Shown here: positions 52,318 through 63,514 of the stretch, one piece after another
How the letters are laid out: each line of letters opens with the position of its first letter
Numbering within the stretch: position 1 is the first letter of the stretch
Assembly: GCA_946551795.1 (NCBI GenBank)
Contig: CAMNRF010000002.1
Span: 1,955-65,954 of the forward strand
Direction of reading: 5' to 3'
DNA from: an uncultured Oscillibacter sp.
GTDB lineage: Bacteria; Bacillota; Clostridia; Oscillospirales; Oscillospiraceae
Length of the DNA stretch: 64,000 nucleotides
Notes under the pieces: model-generated
What the model was told of the DNA's origin: nothing
The model's database searches: none
What the model saw: only the letters and a program-made list of their open reading frames with translations
Made by a program: the position numbers and the translations under genes

Positions 52318-52450
52318 TGTGAGGATCAGCGCAGGTTGTTCTTGCTGCTGAAATCGTTTCGGGTTCTCTGCGGCCACCACGCCGGAGGGGGCGAAGAGGC
52401 CGCCCCGCCAACGGGACGGCCCATGCTTTAGCACATAGACAGGAGACGCC

Positions 52451-53143
52451 TCAGAGCTGCCGCACCGACACCACGCCGGGGATGGCCCGGGCCTGGTCCA
52501 TGAGGTCCTCCTGATGGGTGCCCTTCCGGAGCCGCAGGGTGAAGATGGCACAGGCGTTGTGCTTTTCGGTGCTGTCGGAGCGGATGATGCCCATGTTCAG
52601 AATCTTCATATCCGCCTCCCGGAAGAGGCGCAGCAGCTCCTCGATGCAGGATTTGTCGGTGTGTTCGATGTAGAGATTGACCTCCGGCGCGTTTTTCAGC
52701 ATCCGGTACTCCAGGCGGGAGAAGAACAGCTCCGCGATCAAAATCAGTGCCGTAGCGAAGAGGCCGCCCTCGTAGAAGCCGCCGCCCAGGGTCAGGCCGA
52801 TGATGGCGGCGGCCCAGAGGCCCGCGGCGGTGGTCAGCCCCTTGACCCGCTGGCGGCGGGTGACGATGATGGTGCCCGCGCCGATGAAGCCGATGCCGGC
52901 CACCACCTGGGCGCCCAGGCGGGCCATGTCGGTATACTGGCCCATGCAGAGGTAGAGATACTGGCTGGTGAGGGTGGTCATGGCCGCGCCCAGGCAGATC
53001 AGGATGTGGGTGCGGAATCCCGCGGGGCGGCGCTTGAACTCCCGCTCAATGCCGATGATGCCGCCGCAGATCACGGCCAGCAGCATCCGGACGGTCACGG
53101 ACAGCAGCGTTACCTCCCGCAGAGAGTCAAAGATCGGTAACAT
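52451..53143 (-). CDS. MgtC/SapB family protein (copy 2)
   Basis: GGIIGIERE...PAGFRTH, RLGAQVVAGIGFIGAG, GLTTAAGLW; C-terminal ACT-like domain. Confidence 0.92.
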   Translation of the reverse strand: MLPIFDSLREVTLLSVTVRMLLAVICGGIIGIEREFKRRPAGFRTHILICLGAAMTTLTSQYLYLCMGQYTDMARLGAQVVAGIGFIGAGTIIVTRRQRVKGLTTAAGLWAAAIIGLTLGGGFYEGGLFATALILIAELFFSRLEYRMLKNAPEVNLYIEHTDKSCIEELLRLFREADMKILNMGIIRSDSTEKHNACAIFTLRLRKGTHQEDLMDQARAIPGVVSVRQL

Positions 53144-53160
53144 ATTCCTCGCCCCTTTCC

Positions 53161-53886
53161 TCAAATGTCGTGGACCACGTAGACGTCCTCCATCTCGGAG
53201 ATGGAGGCCAGCAGTCTGGCGTGGCCGCCCTTGTGCTGCATCCGCAGGGCGAAGATGGCGTTGGGGTGGTGGGAGACACTCTCCTGGCCGTGGTCCACCT
53301 CCGCCTCGTAGATCTGCGCGTCCTGGGCCTTGATGCGGCTGATGATCTCCCCCACGTTGTCCAGGGACCGGAACTCCACATAGATGTTCATGTTCCGGGC
53401 GTTCTCGATGATCAGAAGCTCCAGGGGGGAGAGGACGTGGACAGACAGGAAGATCATCAAAAAGGCCATGGCCACGCACTCGTAGAACCCGGCGCCGATG
53501 GCCAGCCCCATGCAGGCGGAGGCCCAGAGGCCCGCCGCGGTGGTCAGGCCCTTGACCTCCTGCCGGCCGGTGACGATGATGGTGCCGGCGCCCAGGAAGC
53601 CGATGCCGTTGATCACCTGGGCGCCGAAGCGGCTGACGTCCGTGCGGATGCCCACCTCCGCCGCCAGGGCGGCCCACCGGTGGCCCAGCATATAGTACTC
53701 ATACTGGCTCAGCAGCATGGTCAGCGCCGCGCCCAGACACACCAGCATATAGGTGCGAAAGCCCGCCGGACGGCCCTTCCGGCCCCGCTCCAGGCCGATC
53801 ATGCCGCCAAACAGCATGGCCAGCGTCAGCCGCAGCAGAACGGACGCGGTATTCAGCTGCCGCAGACAGTCCAAAACTTCGATCAC
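53161..53886 (-). CDS. MgtC/SapB family protein (copy 1)
   Basis: GTG start after GGGAGG. IGLERG...PAGFRTY, RFGAQVINGIGFLGAG, GLTTAAGLW. Confidence 0.92.
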   Translation of the reverse strand: MIEVLDCLRQLNTASVLLRLTLAMLFGGMIGLERGRKGRPAGFRTYMLVCLGAALTMLLSQYEYYMLGHRWAALAAEVGIRTDVSRFGAQVINGIGFLGAGTIIVTGRQEVKGLTTAAGLWASACMGLAIGAGFYECVAMAFLMIFLSVHVLSPLELLIIENARNMNIYVEFRSLDNVGEIISRIKAQDAQIYEAEVDHGQESVSHHPNAIFALRMQHKGGHARLLASISEMEDVYVVHDI

Positions 53887-54321
53887 GAAGACAGCCTCCC
53901 TCCCGATTTCCGGCGGAATCAGAGAATAAGAGAGGAGAAGAACCGGCCTGCCGCCGCTTCTTCCCCAATCGCAATCTCTTCCGCTCGGGCCGCCGGAGAG
54001 CGGTCTGGAAACGTTTGCGTTCAGCCTCCGGCCTTCATTTCGTATATATTTACCATACATCCCTATGGATTGTCAATCTCATCTCCGGTATTTATAAAAA
54101 ATTTGGATGTTTTAATAAAAATTCTGTATATTTTTTGGACGCTTTTTCAGAATCTGTTTTTCTGCGATCCTGCGGCCTGGAGCGCAATTTTATTTTCTGG
54201 GATTTTTTGATAAAAAATAATGGGAATTTCAAAAATCATCTCCAGAATGTAAAAACCGCAAACGTTGTCAAAGAGCCCGGCATAATTTCTGCCGGTGCGG
54301 GAAAATTCTCTGAGAGAGCCC

Positions 54322-54371
54322 TTGACAAATACCCATGAGGGGTATATGATCAAAATACCCCTTGGGGGTAT
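54322..54371 (+). promoter_or_regulatory. SigA promoter with two CsoR operators
   Basis: TTGACA-N17-TATGAT; ATACCCATGAGGGGTAT (54329-54345) and ATACCCCTTGGGGGTAT (54355-54371). Confidence 0.88.
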
Positions 54372-54393
54372 AGATGAGCTGGGAGGTGCTGTG

Positions 54394-54696
54394 ATGGAGT
54401 CTCAGAGCTGTGACTGCCATAAGACGAAGGAGCGGTCTCCGGAGGAGTACAAGTGCCTGATCCACCGCCTGAACCGGATCGAGGGTCAGATACGAGGCAT
54501 CCGGGGCATGGTGGAAAAGAGCGCCTACTGCCCGGATATTCTGGCCCAGGTGGCCGCCGCCAACGCGGCGCTGAACGCCTTCAGCAGGGAGCTGCTGGCG
54601 GAGCACATCCGCACCTGCGTGGCCCGGGATGTGCGGGAGGGCCGGGAGGAGACGCTGGATGAGCTGGTGGCTACGATCCAGAAGCTGATGAAGTGA
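54394..54696 (+). CDS. csoR: Copper-sensing repressor CsoR
   Basis: [13 protein letters not shown]....YC.DIL.Q..A and H...C; upstream of copA. Confidence 0.92.
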   Translation: MESQSCDCHKTKERSPEEYKCLIHRLNRIEGQIRGIRGMVEKSAYCPDILAQVAAANAALNAFSRELLAEHIRTCVARDVREGREETLDELVATIQKLMK

Positions 54697-54745
54697 CAGA
54701 ATGTGTATGGAACGCGCGGCACAGCCGGCGCGCGGGGGAGGAACG

Positions 54746-57262
54746 ATGGAACAGTACAATGTGACCGGGATGAGCTGCGCCGCCTGCTCTGCCCGGGTGG
54801 AAAAGGCGGTTTCCAGGGTGCCGGGCGTCACCAGCTGCTCGGTGAGCCTTCTGACCAACTCCATGGGCGTGGAGGGCAGCGCCAGCCCCGGGGACATCAT
54901 CCACGCGGTGGAGGAGGCGGGCTACGGCGCCGCGCCCAAGGGCGCGGGAGGGCAGGCGAAGGCCGTCTCCGCCGGGGAGGCGGAGGAGGCCCTGCGGGAC
55001 CACGAGACGCCGGTTTTGAAGCGGCGGCTGGTGTGGTCCCTGGGCTTTTTGCTGGTGCTGATGTACTTCTCCATGGGGCACATGATGTGGGGCTGGCCGG
55101 TCCCGGCCTTCTTCCACGGCAACCACATGGCCATGGGGCTTTTGCAGCTGCTGCTGACGGCGGTGGTCATGGTCATCAACCAGAAATTTTTCATCAGCGG
55201 CTTCAAGAGCCTGTGGCACCGGGCGCCCAATATGGACACTCTGGTGGCCCTGGGCTCCACGGCGGCCTTTGTGTACAGCACCTACGCCCTCTTTGCCATG
55301 ACGGACGCCCAGGTCCGGGGGGATGCGGCCGCGGTGATGGACTATATGATGGAGTTCTACTTCGAGTCCGCCGCCATGATCCTGACCCTCATCACCGTGG
55401 GCAAGATGCTGGAGGCCCGGTCCAAGGGCCGGACCACCGACGCGTTGAAGGGACTGATGAAGCTGGCCCCTAAGACCGCCGTGGTGGAGCGGGACGGACG
55501 GGAGACGGAGGTCCCTGTGGAGCAGGTCCAAAAGGGCGATCTCTTCGTCGTCCGCCCCGGGGAGAACATCCCGGTGGACGGCGTGGTGGTGGAGGGCTCC
55601 AGTGCCGTCAACGAGTCCGCGCTGACGGGGGAGAGCATCCCCGTGGACAAGGCGCCGGGGGACGGCGTGTCCGCCGCCACGGTGAACCAGTCCGGCTTCC
55701 TCCGCTGCCGGGCCACCCGGGTGGGGGAGGACACCACGTTGTCCAAGATCATCCAGATGGTCAGCGACGCGGCGGCCACCAAGGCCCCCATCGCCAAAAT
55801 CGCCGACCGGGTCTCCGGCGTGTTTGTCCCGGCAGTCATCGCCATCGCCCTGGTCACCACGGCCGTGTGGCTGCTGCTGGGGGAGGGAGTGGGCTTCGCC
55901 CTGGCCAGGGGAATCTCCGTGCTGGTGATCTCCTGCCCCTGCGCGCTGGGGCTGGCCACCCCTGTGGCCATCATGGTGGGCAACGGCATGGGGGCGAGGA
56001 ACGGCATCCTCTTCAAGACCGCCGCCTCCCTGGAGGCCGCGGGCCGCACGGAGATCGTGGCCCTGGACAAGACGGGCACCATCACCCAGGGTGAGCCCAG
56101 GGTGACGGACATCCTCCCCGCCCAGGGGCTCAGCGGGACGGAGCTCCTCCGGCTGGCTCGGGCCCTGGAGCAGAGGAGCGAGCACCCCCTGGCGAAGGCC
56201 ATTTTGCAAAGAGCGGAGGAGGAGCGGATTCCGGCGGAGGAGGTCACGGACTTCCAGGCACTGCCGGGGAACGGCCTCACCGCCCGCCTGGGCGGAGCCG
56301 CCCTCAGCGGCGGGAACCTCGGCTTCATCAGCACCCAGGCCGCCGTCCCCCAGGATTTCCAGGCCAGGGCCGAGGCCCTGGCGGGCCAGGGGAAGACCCC
56401 GCTGTTTTTCAGCCGGGACGGGGCGCTGCTGGGCGTCATCGCCGTGGCGGACGTCATCAAGGAGGACAGTCCCCAGGCGGTGCGGGAGCTCAAAAACATG
56501 GGTATCCGGGTGGTGATGCTCACCGGCGACAACCGGCGGACGGCGGAGGCCATCGGCACCCAGGCCGGCGTGGACGAGGTGATCGCCGGGGTGCTGCCCG
56601 ACGGCAAGGAGAGTGTGATCCGGGATTTGAAGCGGCAGGGGAAGGTGGCCATGGTGGGCGACGGCATCAACGACGCCCCGGCCCTGACCCGGGCGGACAC
56701 CGGCATCGCCATCGGCGCGGGGACGGACGTGGCCATCGACGCGGCGGATGTGGTGCTGATGAAGAGCCGCCTCAGCGACGTGCCCGCCGCCATCCGCCTC
56801 AGCCGGGCCACGCTGCGGAACATCCACCAGAACCTCTTCTGGGCGTTCTTCTACAACACCATCGGCATCCCCCTGGCGGCGGGGCTCTTCATCCCCCTGG
56901 GGCTGACGCTGAACCCCATGTTCGGCGCGGCGGCCATGAGCCTCTCCAGCTTCTGCGTAGTCTCCAACGCCCTGCGGCTGAATCTCTTTGACATTCGGGA
57001 CGCGGGCCGGGATAGGAAAATCAAAGTTCATCACAAGGAGGAAGCGAACCCTATGGAAAAGACCATGAAGATCGAGGGCATGATGTGCGGACACTGCGAG
57101 GCCCGGGTGAAGAAGGCCTTGGAGGCCCTGCCCGAGGTGGCGGCCGCCGCCGTCAGCCACGAGAGCGGCACTGCCGTGGTGACGCTCACCGGGGACATCT
57201 CCGACGCGGCGCTGAAAAAGGCCGTGGAGGACCAGGACTACCAGGTCACCGGAATCCAGTGA
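54746..57262 (+). CDS. copA: Copper-exporting P1B-type ATPase with N- and C-terminal HMA domains
   Basis: [46 protein letters not shown]-terminal GMMCGHC. Confidence 0.95.
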   Translation: MEQYNVTGMSCAACSARVEKAVSRVPGVTSCSVSLLTNSMGVEGSASPGDIIHAVEEAGYGAAPKGAGGQAKAVSAGEAEEALRDHETPVLKRRLVWSLGFLLVLMYFSMGHMMWGWPVPAFFHGNHMAMGLLQLLLTAVVMVINQKFFISGFKSLWHRAPNMDTLVALGSTAAFVYSTYALFAMTDAQVRGDAAAVMDYMMEFYFESAAMILTLITVGKMLEARSKGRTTDALKGLMKLAPKTAVVERDGRETEVPVEQVQKGDLFVVRPGENIPVDGVVVEGSSAVNESALTGESIPVDKAPGDGVSAATVNQSGFLRCRATRVGEDTTLSKIIQMVSDAAATKAPIAKIADRVSGVFVPAVIAIALVTTAVWLLLGEGVGFALARGISVLVISCPCALGLATPVAIMVGNGMGARNGILFKTAASLEAAGRTEIVALDKTGTITQGEPRVTDILPAQGLSGTELLRLARALEQRSEHPLAKAILQRAEEERIPAEEVTDFQALPGNGLTARLGGAALSGGNLGFISTQAAVPQDFQARAEALAGQGKTPLFFSRDGALLGVIAVADVIKEDSPQAVRELKNMGIRVVMLTGDNRRTAEAIGTQAGVDEVIAGVLPDGKESVIRDLKRQGKVAMVGDGINDAPALTRADTGIAIGAGTDVAIDAADVVLMKSRLSDVPAAIRLSRATLRNIHQNLFWAFFYNTIGIPLAAGLFIPLGLTLNPMFGAAAMSLSSFCVVSNALRLNLFDIRDAGRDRKIKVHHKEEANPMEKTMKIEGMMCGHCEARVKKALEALPEVAAAAVSHESGTAVVTLTGDISDAALKKAVEDQDYQVTGIQ

Positions 57263-57364
57263 GACGTGAAAGAGGCCGGATTTTCCGGCCTTTTTCATTT
57301 TCTCTTGTAAAACGGAGCATAATGTGTTAAAGTGACGAAAGAGTAAAAAGAAAGTGGTGGTCCC

Positions 57365-57976
57365 ATGGAGAACAGTGTTTTCAAGAGCGTGGCGTTTGGC
57401 GGATTCGACAAACAGGATGTCGTCAGCTATATAGAGAGGACCTCCCGGGAGGCGGCGGAGGCCCAGGAGAAGCTCCGGCAGGAGAACGAGGACCTGCGCC
57501 GGGAGTCCCAGGCTCTGGGCGGACAGGTCTCGGAGCTCCGGGCGAAGCTGGAGGCCATGGAGGCGGAGACCGCCCGGCTGCGGCAGGAGCTGGCCCGGGA
57601 GACCGCCCTGCGGCAGGAGCTGGAATCCCTGCGGCCGGAGACGGAGCGCCTGCGGGCCCGGATGGAGGAGCTCCAGGGCGACGCGGAGTCCTATGCCCGC
57701 TTCCGGGAGCAGATCGGCGCCATTGAGTGCGAGGCCCGCCAGCGGGCCGCCGGACTGGAGGATGAGGCCAGCACCCGCCTGCGGCGGCTGGCGGACCAGT
57801 TCCAGACCCAGTACCGGACGCTGATGAGCACCTTTGAGACCACCGCCGCCCATGTCAACAGCGAGCTGCGGAAGATCGAGGTGAACCTGACCCAGCTGCC
57901 CCGGGCCATGGACCAGTCCGGCGCGGAGCTGAAGGAGCTGGAGGCGCTGCTGGAGCGCCGGGAAAAAGAGGATTGA
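57365..57976 (+). CDS. Coiled-coil protein with DivIVA-like N-terminus
   Basis: F....FGGFDK.DV..YI followed by long heptad repeats. Confidence 0.7.
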   Translation: MENSVFKSVAFGGFDKQDVVSYIERTSREAAEAQEKLRQENEDLRRESQALGGQVSELRAKLEAMEAETARLRQELARETALRQELESLRPETERLRARMEELQGDAESYARFREQIGAIECEARQRAAGLEDEASTRLRRLADQFQTQYRTLMSTFETTAAHVNSELRKIEVNLTQLPRAMDQSGAELKELEALLERREKED

Positions 57977-58233
57977 GCGGCGCGCGGCGGACATCCGGTC
58001 CGCCGCGTGTTTTCGCGTCCCGCCGGCGGGAGAAGGGGATAGGCAGAGGCCGTTCCATTGCCTATTGCGGGCCCGGTATGCGGCGTGTAGAATAGAGCCA
58101 GCCTGTCCCGGGCGGCGCGATGTGGGAATAAAATGGGAAACCGGGCTTAGAATAAGCCGGGAAGGACCCGGAAAACCGCTGGCGGCGCCGGAGGAGAGAA
58201 AAGCCAAAAACTGCCGGAACTGGGAAAAATCTC

Positions 58234-58262
58234 TTGCGTTGCCGGTGCGGTTATGGTATGAT
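58234..58262 (+). promoter_or_regulatory. SigA promoter of the V-ATPase operon
   Basis: TTGCGT-N17-TATGAT with TG extension. Confidence 0.6.
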
Positions 58263-58350
58263 AGACAAGCTTATGAAAAGCCGTCCACACCCCCGGCGGA
58301 CGGCTTGACAGCGGCGTTAATATGCGTTGAGGGAGAGAAGGTGAAAACGG

Positions 58351-58665
58351 ATGTCCCTGGAAGCAATCGAGAAGGTCACCCAGGCGGAGGCCGAGAACCG
58401 GGAGCGGAAAGCGGCCGCCGAGGCGGAGGCGCAGCGGATTGTCGCCGACGCGGAGCGGGAGGGGCTCGCGCTGCTGCAGCGGGCGCGGACCGATGCGGCG
58501 GAGAGCGGAAAGGAGCTGCTGCGGCAGGCGGAGGCCCGGGCCGCGGAGCGTTCCGCCGAGATCAGCCGTGCCGCCCAGGCGGAGGCCGCCGCCCTGCGGG
58601 AGACGGCCGGACAGCACCTGGAGGAGGCCGCGGAGTTTATTGTCGGAAGGGTTGTGAAGCACTGA
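58351..58665 (+). CDS. V/A-type ATPase peripheral stalk subunit (G/H-like)
   Basis: Ala/Glu-rich helical protein; first gene of the operon. Confidence 0.8.
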   Translation: MSLEAIEKVTQAEAENRERKAAAEAEAQRIVADAEREGLALLQRARTDAAESGKELLRQAEARAAERSAEISRAAQAEAAALRETAGQHLEEAAEFIVGRVVKH

Positions 58666-58666
58666 T

Positions 58667-60589
58667 ATGGCCATTGTAAAAATGAAGAAGCTCCGCGTGA
58701 TCGCGATGGCCGGCCGGCGGGAGGAACTGCTGGAGGGGCTTCTGCGCCTGGGGTGCGTGGAGATCAGCGAGCCCGACGGAGGGGAGGAGGAGTGGTCCGC
58801 GCTTTTGCGGCGGGGCCAGTCCCGGCTTCTCTCCGCCAAGGAGGACAGCACCCAGGCGGGCACCGCCCTGGCGGCTTTGAAGAAGTACGCCCAGACCAAG
58901 GACGGCCTGTTCATCCAGCGCCGCCCTGTCTCCGAGGAGGAGTTTTTGGGCGGGGAGACCGTGGAAAAGGCCAGGGCCGTGAGCCGGGACATCGGCGAGC
59001 AGCTCCAGGCCATGGCCCGGCTCCAGAGCGAGGAGAGCCGCCTGCTGGCGAGGCAGGCGTCCCTGCTGCCGTGGAAATCCCTGGATAGCCGGCTGGATCT
59101 GGAGGGCACGGCCAACGCGCTGTTCCGGCTGGGCGTCTGCCCCGGCGGAACGGACATCGGCGCCCTGAAAACGGAGCTGGCGGCGTCCGACGCGGCGGCG
59201 GAGCTCTACGAGGTCAGCGCGGACAAGCAGCAGAAGTACTGCCTGCTGGTGTGCCACCGGGCGGACGAGGCGGCCGCAATGGAGGTCCTGCGGCCCCACG
59301 CGTTCAGCGTGGTGTCCTTCCAGGGGCTGACCGGCACGGCGGCGGAGAACCTCCAGGCGCTGGAGCGGCAGCTGGAGGACAACCGCAGGGCCCAGGACGC
59401 TGCGGCGGCGGCCATCGCCGCCAGAGGCGGCGAGAAGGAGCTGCTCCAGCTCTATACGGACCGCCTGCGGGCCGAGGAGGCCCGGGAGACCAGCGCCGAG
59501 CGGCTGCTGACCGACGGCACGATCCTCTTCTTTGAGGGCTGGGCCCCGGCGGAGCGGATGGACAGTGTGCAGGCCCTGCTGGAGAAGCTGGGCTGCGCCT
59601 GGGAGGCGGCGGACCCCTCCGAGGAGGAGATCCCGCAGGTCCCGGTTCAGCTGAAGAACAACTGGTTCACAAGGCCGCTGAACATGGTGACGGAGATGTA
59701 CTCCCTCCCCGCCTACAACAACGTGGACCCCAACCCCCTGATGGCGCCGTTCTTCATCCTGTTCTACGGCATCATGATGGCGGACATGGGCTATGGGATA
59801 CTGATGTTCCTGGCGGGCACCATCATCTCGAGAAAGTACCGCCCCAAGGGCACCATGGGCCACATGATGGGCCTGATGCAGATGTGCGGTGTGTCCACCT
59901 TTATCATGGGGGCCGTCACCGGCGGCTTCTTCGGGGACTTCCTCACCCAGGTGGTGAAGATCACCACCGGCGGGGACTTCGCCCTGCCTGCGCTGTTCAC
60001 GCCCCTGAACGACACGCTGATGATTCTGGTGGGCGCCATGGCTCTGGGCCTGGTGCAGATCATCACCGGCATGGCCATCAGCTTTATCCGCAAGATCAAA
60101 GCCGGCGCGGTGCTGGACGCCTTCTTTGAGGAGGCCACCTGGTGGATCGTGTTCGTGGGCATCGCCCTCATGGCCGCGGGCGTGACGAGCATCGTGCTCT
60201 ACGCGGGCCTGGCCCTGATCGTCATCGGCCCCCTGGTCACCGGCCAGGGCTTTGGCAAAATCATGGGCATCTTCGGGTCGCTGTACAACCACGTGACGGG
60301 CTACTTCGGCGACATCCTGTCCTACGCCCGTCTCATGGCCCTGATGCTGGCGGGCAGCGTCATCGCCCAGGTGTTCAATACATTGGGCGCCATTCCCGGG
60401 AACATCATCATTTTCCTCATCATCTCTCTGGCCGGCAACGCGCTGAACTTCGCGCTGAACCTGCTGGGCTGCTACGTCCACGATCTGCGTCTCCAGTGCC
60501 TGGAGTACTTCGGCAAGTTCTACGAGGACGGCGGCAGACCCTTCCGGCCCCTGGCCATAGAGACGAAATACGTGGACATCACCAAGTAA
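58667..60589 (+). CDS. ntpI: V/A-type ATPase subunit I (a)
   Basis: MAIVKMKK, EGWAP, YSLP.Y..VDP, ADMGYG, DILSYARLMAL, VH.LRLQ.LEYF.KFY..GG. Confidence 0.95.
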   Translation: MAIVKMKKLRVIAMAGRREELLEGLLRLGCVEISEPDGGEEEWSALLRRGQSRLLSAKEDSTQAGTALAALKKYAQTKDGLFIQRRPVSEEEFLGGETVEKARAVSRDIGEQLQAMARLQSEESRLLARQASLLPWKSLDSRLDLEGTANALFRLGVCPGGTDIGALKTELAASDAAAELYEVSADKQQKYCLLVCHRADEAAAMEVLRPHAFSVVSFQGLTGTAAENLQALERQLEDNRRAQDAAAAAIAARGGEKELLQLYTDRLRAEEARETSAERLLTDGTILFFEGWAPAERMDSVQALLEKLGCAWEAADPSEEEIPQVPVQLKNNWFTRPLNMVTEMYSLPAYNNVDPNPLMAPFFILFYGIMMADMGYGILMFLAGTIISRKYRPKGTMGHMMGLMQMCGVSTFIMGAVTGGFFGDFLTQVVKITTGGDFALPALFTPLNDTLMILVGAMALGLVQIITGMAISFIRKIKAGAVLDAFFEEATWWIVFVGIALMAAGVTSIVLYAGLALIVIGPLVTGQGFGKIMGIFGSLYNHVTGYFGDILSYARLMALMLAGSVIAQVFNTLGAIPGNIIIFLIISLAGNALNFALNLLGCYVHDLRLQCLEYFGKFYEDGGRPFRPLAIETKYVDITK

Positions 60590-60595
60590 TTTTAA

Positions 60596-61144
<549 letters not shown>

Positions 61145-61170
61145 TCAGCCCCGAAGAAAGGGGATTTAAC

Positions 61171-61857
61171 ATGAACGGAATTGAAAAAATCACCGGACGC
61201 ATCGCCGCGGACGCCCAGGCGGAGGCGGAGCGCGTCCTGAGCAGCGCCCGGGAGGAGGCCGCCCAGATCACCGCGAAGTACAAGTCCCAGGCGGACGCCG
61301 AGTCCGGGGACCTGGCGGCGAAGAACGCCAAGGCCGCCGTGGAGCGGGAGGAGCGCCTTGTGAGCGTGGCCCAGATGGAGGCCCGGAAGGCGCGGCTGGC
61401 CGCCAAGCAGGAGATGGTGGAGAAGACCTACGCCCTGGCGCTGGAGAAATTGTGCGCCATGCCGGAGGAGCGGTACGTAGAGGTGCTGGCGGAGCTGCTG
61501 GTACAGGCGTCCTCCACCGGACGGGAGGAGGCCGTCTTCTCCCCCGAGGACCGGGACCGTGTGGGAAAGGCCGCCGTGGCCAGGGCCAACGAGCTCCTGG
61601 CCAAGCAGGCCGCGCCGGACGTCCCCCAGGGCGGCTCCAGGGTCACGGACCTTCTGAGCAAGGTGGCCACCAGCGTCACCGCCATGGCCAGGGGAACGGC
61701 GATGCTGACGCTGTCCAAGGAGACCCGGCCCATCCAGGGCGGTTTTATCCTCAAGGACGAGAACGTGGAGGTCAACTGCGCCTTCGACACCCTGGTGCGC
61801 CTGCAGAAGGCGGAGACCGCGGGGATGGTTGCCAAAAAGCTGTTCCCGGAGGCATGA
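61171..61857 (+). CDS. ntpE: V/A-type ATPase subunit E
   Basis: M.GIEKI..RI..DA..EA and I.GGFIL......NC.F...... Confidence 0.9.
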   Translation: MNGIEKITGRIAADAQAEAERVLSSAREEAAQITAKYKSQADAESGDLAAKNAKAAVEREERLVSVAQMEARKARLAAKQEMVEKTYALALEKLCAMPEERYVEVLAELLVQASSTGREEAVFSPEDRDRVGKAAVARANELLAKQAAPDVPQGGSRVTDLLSKVATSVTAMARGTAMLTLSKETRPIQGGFILKDENVEVNCAFDTLVRLQKAETAGMVAKKLFPEA

Positions 61858-61893
61858 GGAAGGACGGTCCTTCCATGACAAGGAGGAAGTGTC

Positions 61894-62898
61894 TTGGCTA
61901 AAAAAATCAAAGACACCGATTACCTGGTGATCTCCGCCCGGATCAAGGCCATGGAGAGCACGCTGCTGACCCGGGAGCGGATGGAACAGCTCCTGGAGGC
62001 CCGCAGCGAGGAGGAGGTGGCGAAGATCCTCCAGGACTGCGGCTATCCGGAGCTGGACGCCGCGGACCCGGAGGCCATGGACGCGGCGCTGTCCGCCGCC
62101 CGGGAGGCCACTCTCTCCGACCTGGCCGACGGTGCGCCGGACCCCAGGTATATCGACGTTTTTAAACTCAAGTACGACTATCACAACGTGAAGGCCATCC
62201 TGAAGGCGGAGGCCATGGAAACCAGCCCGGACCATATGCTGATGGACATGGGCCGGGTACCCGCCGCGGAGCTGCGGGAGGCCGTGCGCTCCGGGGAGCT
62301 GGACGGTCTGCCGCCCCTGCTGGCGTCCGCCGTGGCGGAGGCTAAAGAGGTATTGCAGACCACCCGGGACCCCCAGCTCAGCGACATCGTGCTGGACCGC
62401 TGGTATTACCGGGATATGGACGCCGTGGCGGAGGCCGCCGGCAGCGCCTTTCTCCACGGCTATGTGCAGGTGCAGATCGACGCCGCCAACCTGCGGACCC
62501 TGGTCCGCACCCTGCGGATGGGCAAGAACGAGGAGTTCCTGCGGGGCGTCCTCTTTGAGGGCGGAGAGATCTCTCCGGACGCGGTCCTGGCGGTCAGCGC
62601 CGCCCGGGGCGGCGGCCTTGCGGAGCTGTACGCCCCCACCCGCTTCCAGGCGGCGGCGGAGAGCGGCGCCAAGGCCCTCCAGGGCGGCCCCCTGACGGAG
62701 TTCGAGAAGCTGTGCGACGACGTGGTGGGGGACTACCTGGCAGGCGCGCTGTTCGTGCCCTTCGGCGAGGCCCCCCTGGTGGGGTATCTGGCCGCCCGGG
62801 AGACGGAGTACACCAACCTGCGCATCCTGCTGATGGGGCGCGGGGCGGGCATCGCTCCCGACGTCATTCGCTCCCGCCTGCGGGCGAGCTATGTGTAA
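61894..62898 (+). CDS. ntpC: V/A-type ATPase subunit C
   Basis: TTG start. Y....ARI...E..LL, YDYHN.K, ID..N, YL...E.E..NLR, IR.RLR..YV. Confidence 0.92.
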   Translation: MAKKIKDTDYLVISARIKAMESTLLTRERMEQLLEARSEEEVAKILQDCGYPELDAADPEAMDAALSAAREATLSDLADGAPDPRYIDVFKLKYDYHNVKAILKAEAMETSPDHMLMDMGRVPAAELREAVRSGELDGLPPLLASAVAEAKEVLQTTRDPQLSDIVLDRWYYRDMDAVAEAAGSAFLHGYVQVQIDAANLRTLVRTLRMGKNEEFLRGVLFEGGEISPDAVLAVSAARGGGLAELYAPTRFQAAAESGAKALQGGPLTEFEKLCDDVVGDYLAGALFVPFGEAPLVGYLAARETEYTNLRILLMGRGAGIAPDVIRSRLRASYV

Positions 62899-62911
62899 GG
62901 CGGTGTGAGTT

Positions 62912-63229
62912 ATGGCTGCTGCATATCAAATTGCCGTCATCGGCGACTGGGAGTCCGTCATGGGCTTCCGGGCCCTGGGGCTGGACACCTATCCCGTCGC
63001 GTCCGCGGACGAGGCCCGGGAGAAGGTGCGGGAACTGGCCAAGACCAACTGCGCGGTGATCTATCTCACGGAGCAGCTGGCAAAGGACATGGAGGACGTG
63101 CTGGCCCGGTACAAGGACGAGCTGCGTCCCGCCATCATCCTGATCCCCGGCCGGGAGGGCTCCCTGGGCATTGGCAGGAACAACATTCAAAGAGCGATCG
63201 AAAGAGCGGTAGGCGCTGATATCCTCTAA
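62912..63229 (+). CDS. V/A-type ATPase subunit F
   Basis: IAVIGD.ESV.GF.ALG, I..TE.LA, PAII.IP, ERAVGADIL. Confidence 0.93.
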   Translation: MAAAYQIAVIGDWESVMGFRALGLDTYPVASADEAREKVRELAKTNCAVIYLTEQLAKDMEDVLARYKDELRPAIILIPGREGSLGIGRNNIQRAIERAVGADIL

Positions 63230-63443
63230 GGGGGACTGCGTCCCCCTTAGACGCTCCGGCGGGCTGCGCCCGCCTCCGCTGAACCCCCTCACCAGTGAGA
63301 TCCGCTCACTGGTGTGTGCGCCCCAAGGGCGCACAGGTCGGGGTATTTTCGCCACGTACACGCCGCGGCGAAAATGATTGAAATTTCTTTCTCCGCCCTT
63401 GGCGGAGAAACCAGGGGAAAACCGTGTTTTCCCCTGGACCCCT
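63225..63443 (-). repeat. Seven-hairpin intergenic element inside the V-ATPase operon
   Basis: Near-perfect stems at 63225-63251, 63258-63274, 63290-63314, 63315-63335, 63345-63375, 63388-63410 and 63411-63437. Confidence 0.75.
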
Positions 63444-63514
63444 TTCCCGGGCGTGGCTTGACGGGGAGGGGATGATCCTTCTGGCGAATTTATCCAGAAA
63501 GAAGGTTTTGGAAT

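Noticed and set aside
54080-54300. AT-rich stretch as a foreign insert or small ORF (54015-54338, 54147-54353)
   Set aside because: It is the divergent promoter region between mgtC and csoR; the ORFs lack RBS and typical codon usage.
58263-58350. Na+ riboswitch or second promoter upstream of the V-ATPase operon
   Set aside because: Only one hairpin (AAGCCGTCC/GGACGGCTT) and a TTGACA without a well-spaced -10; no recognisable aptamer consensus or terminator.
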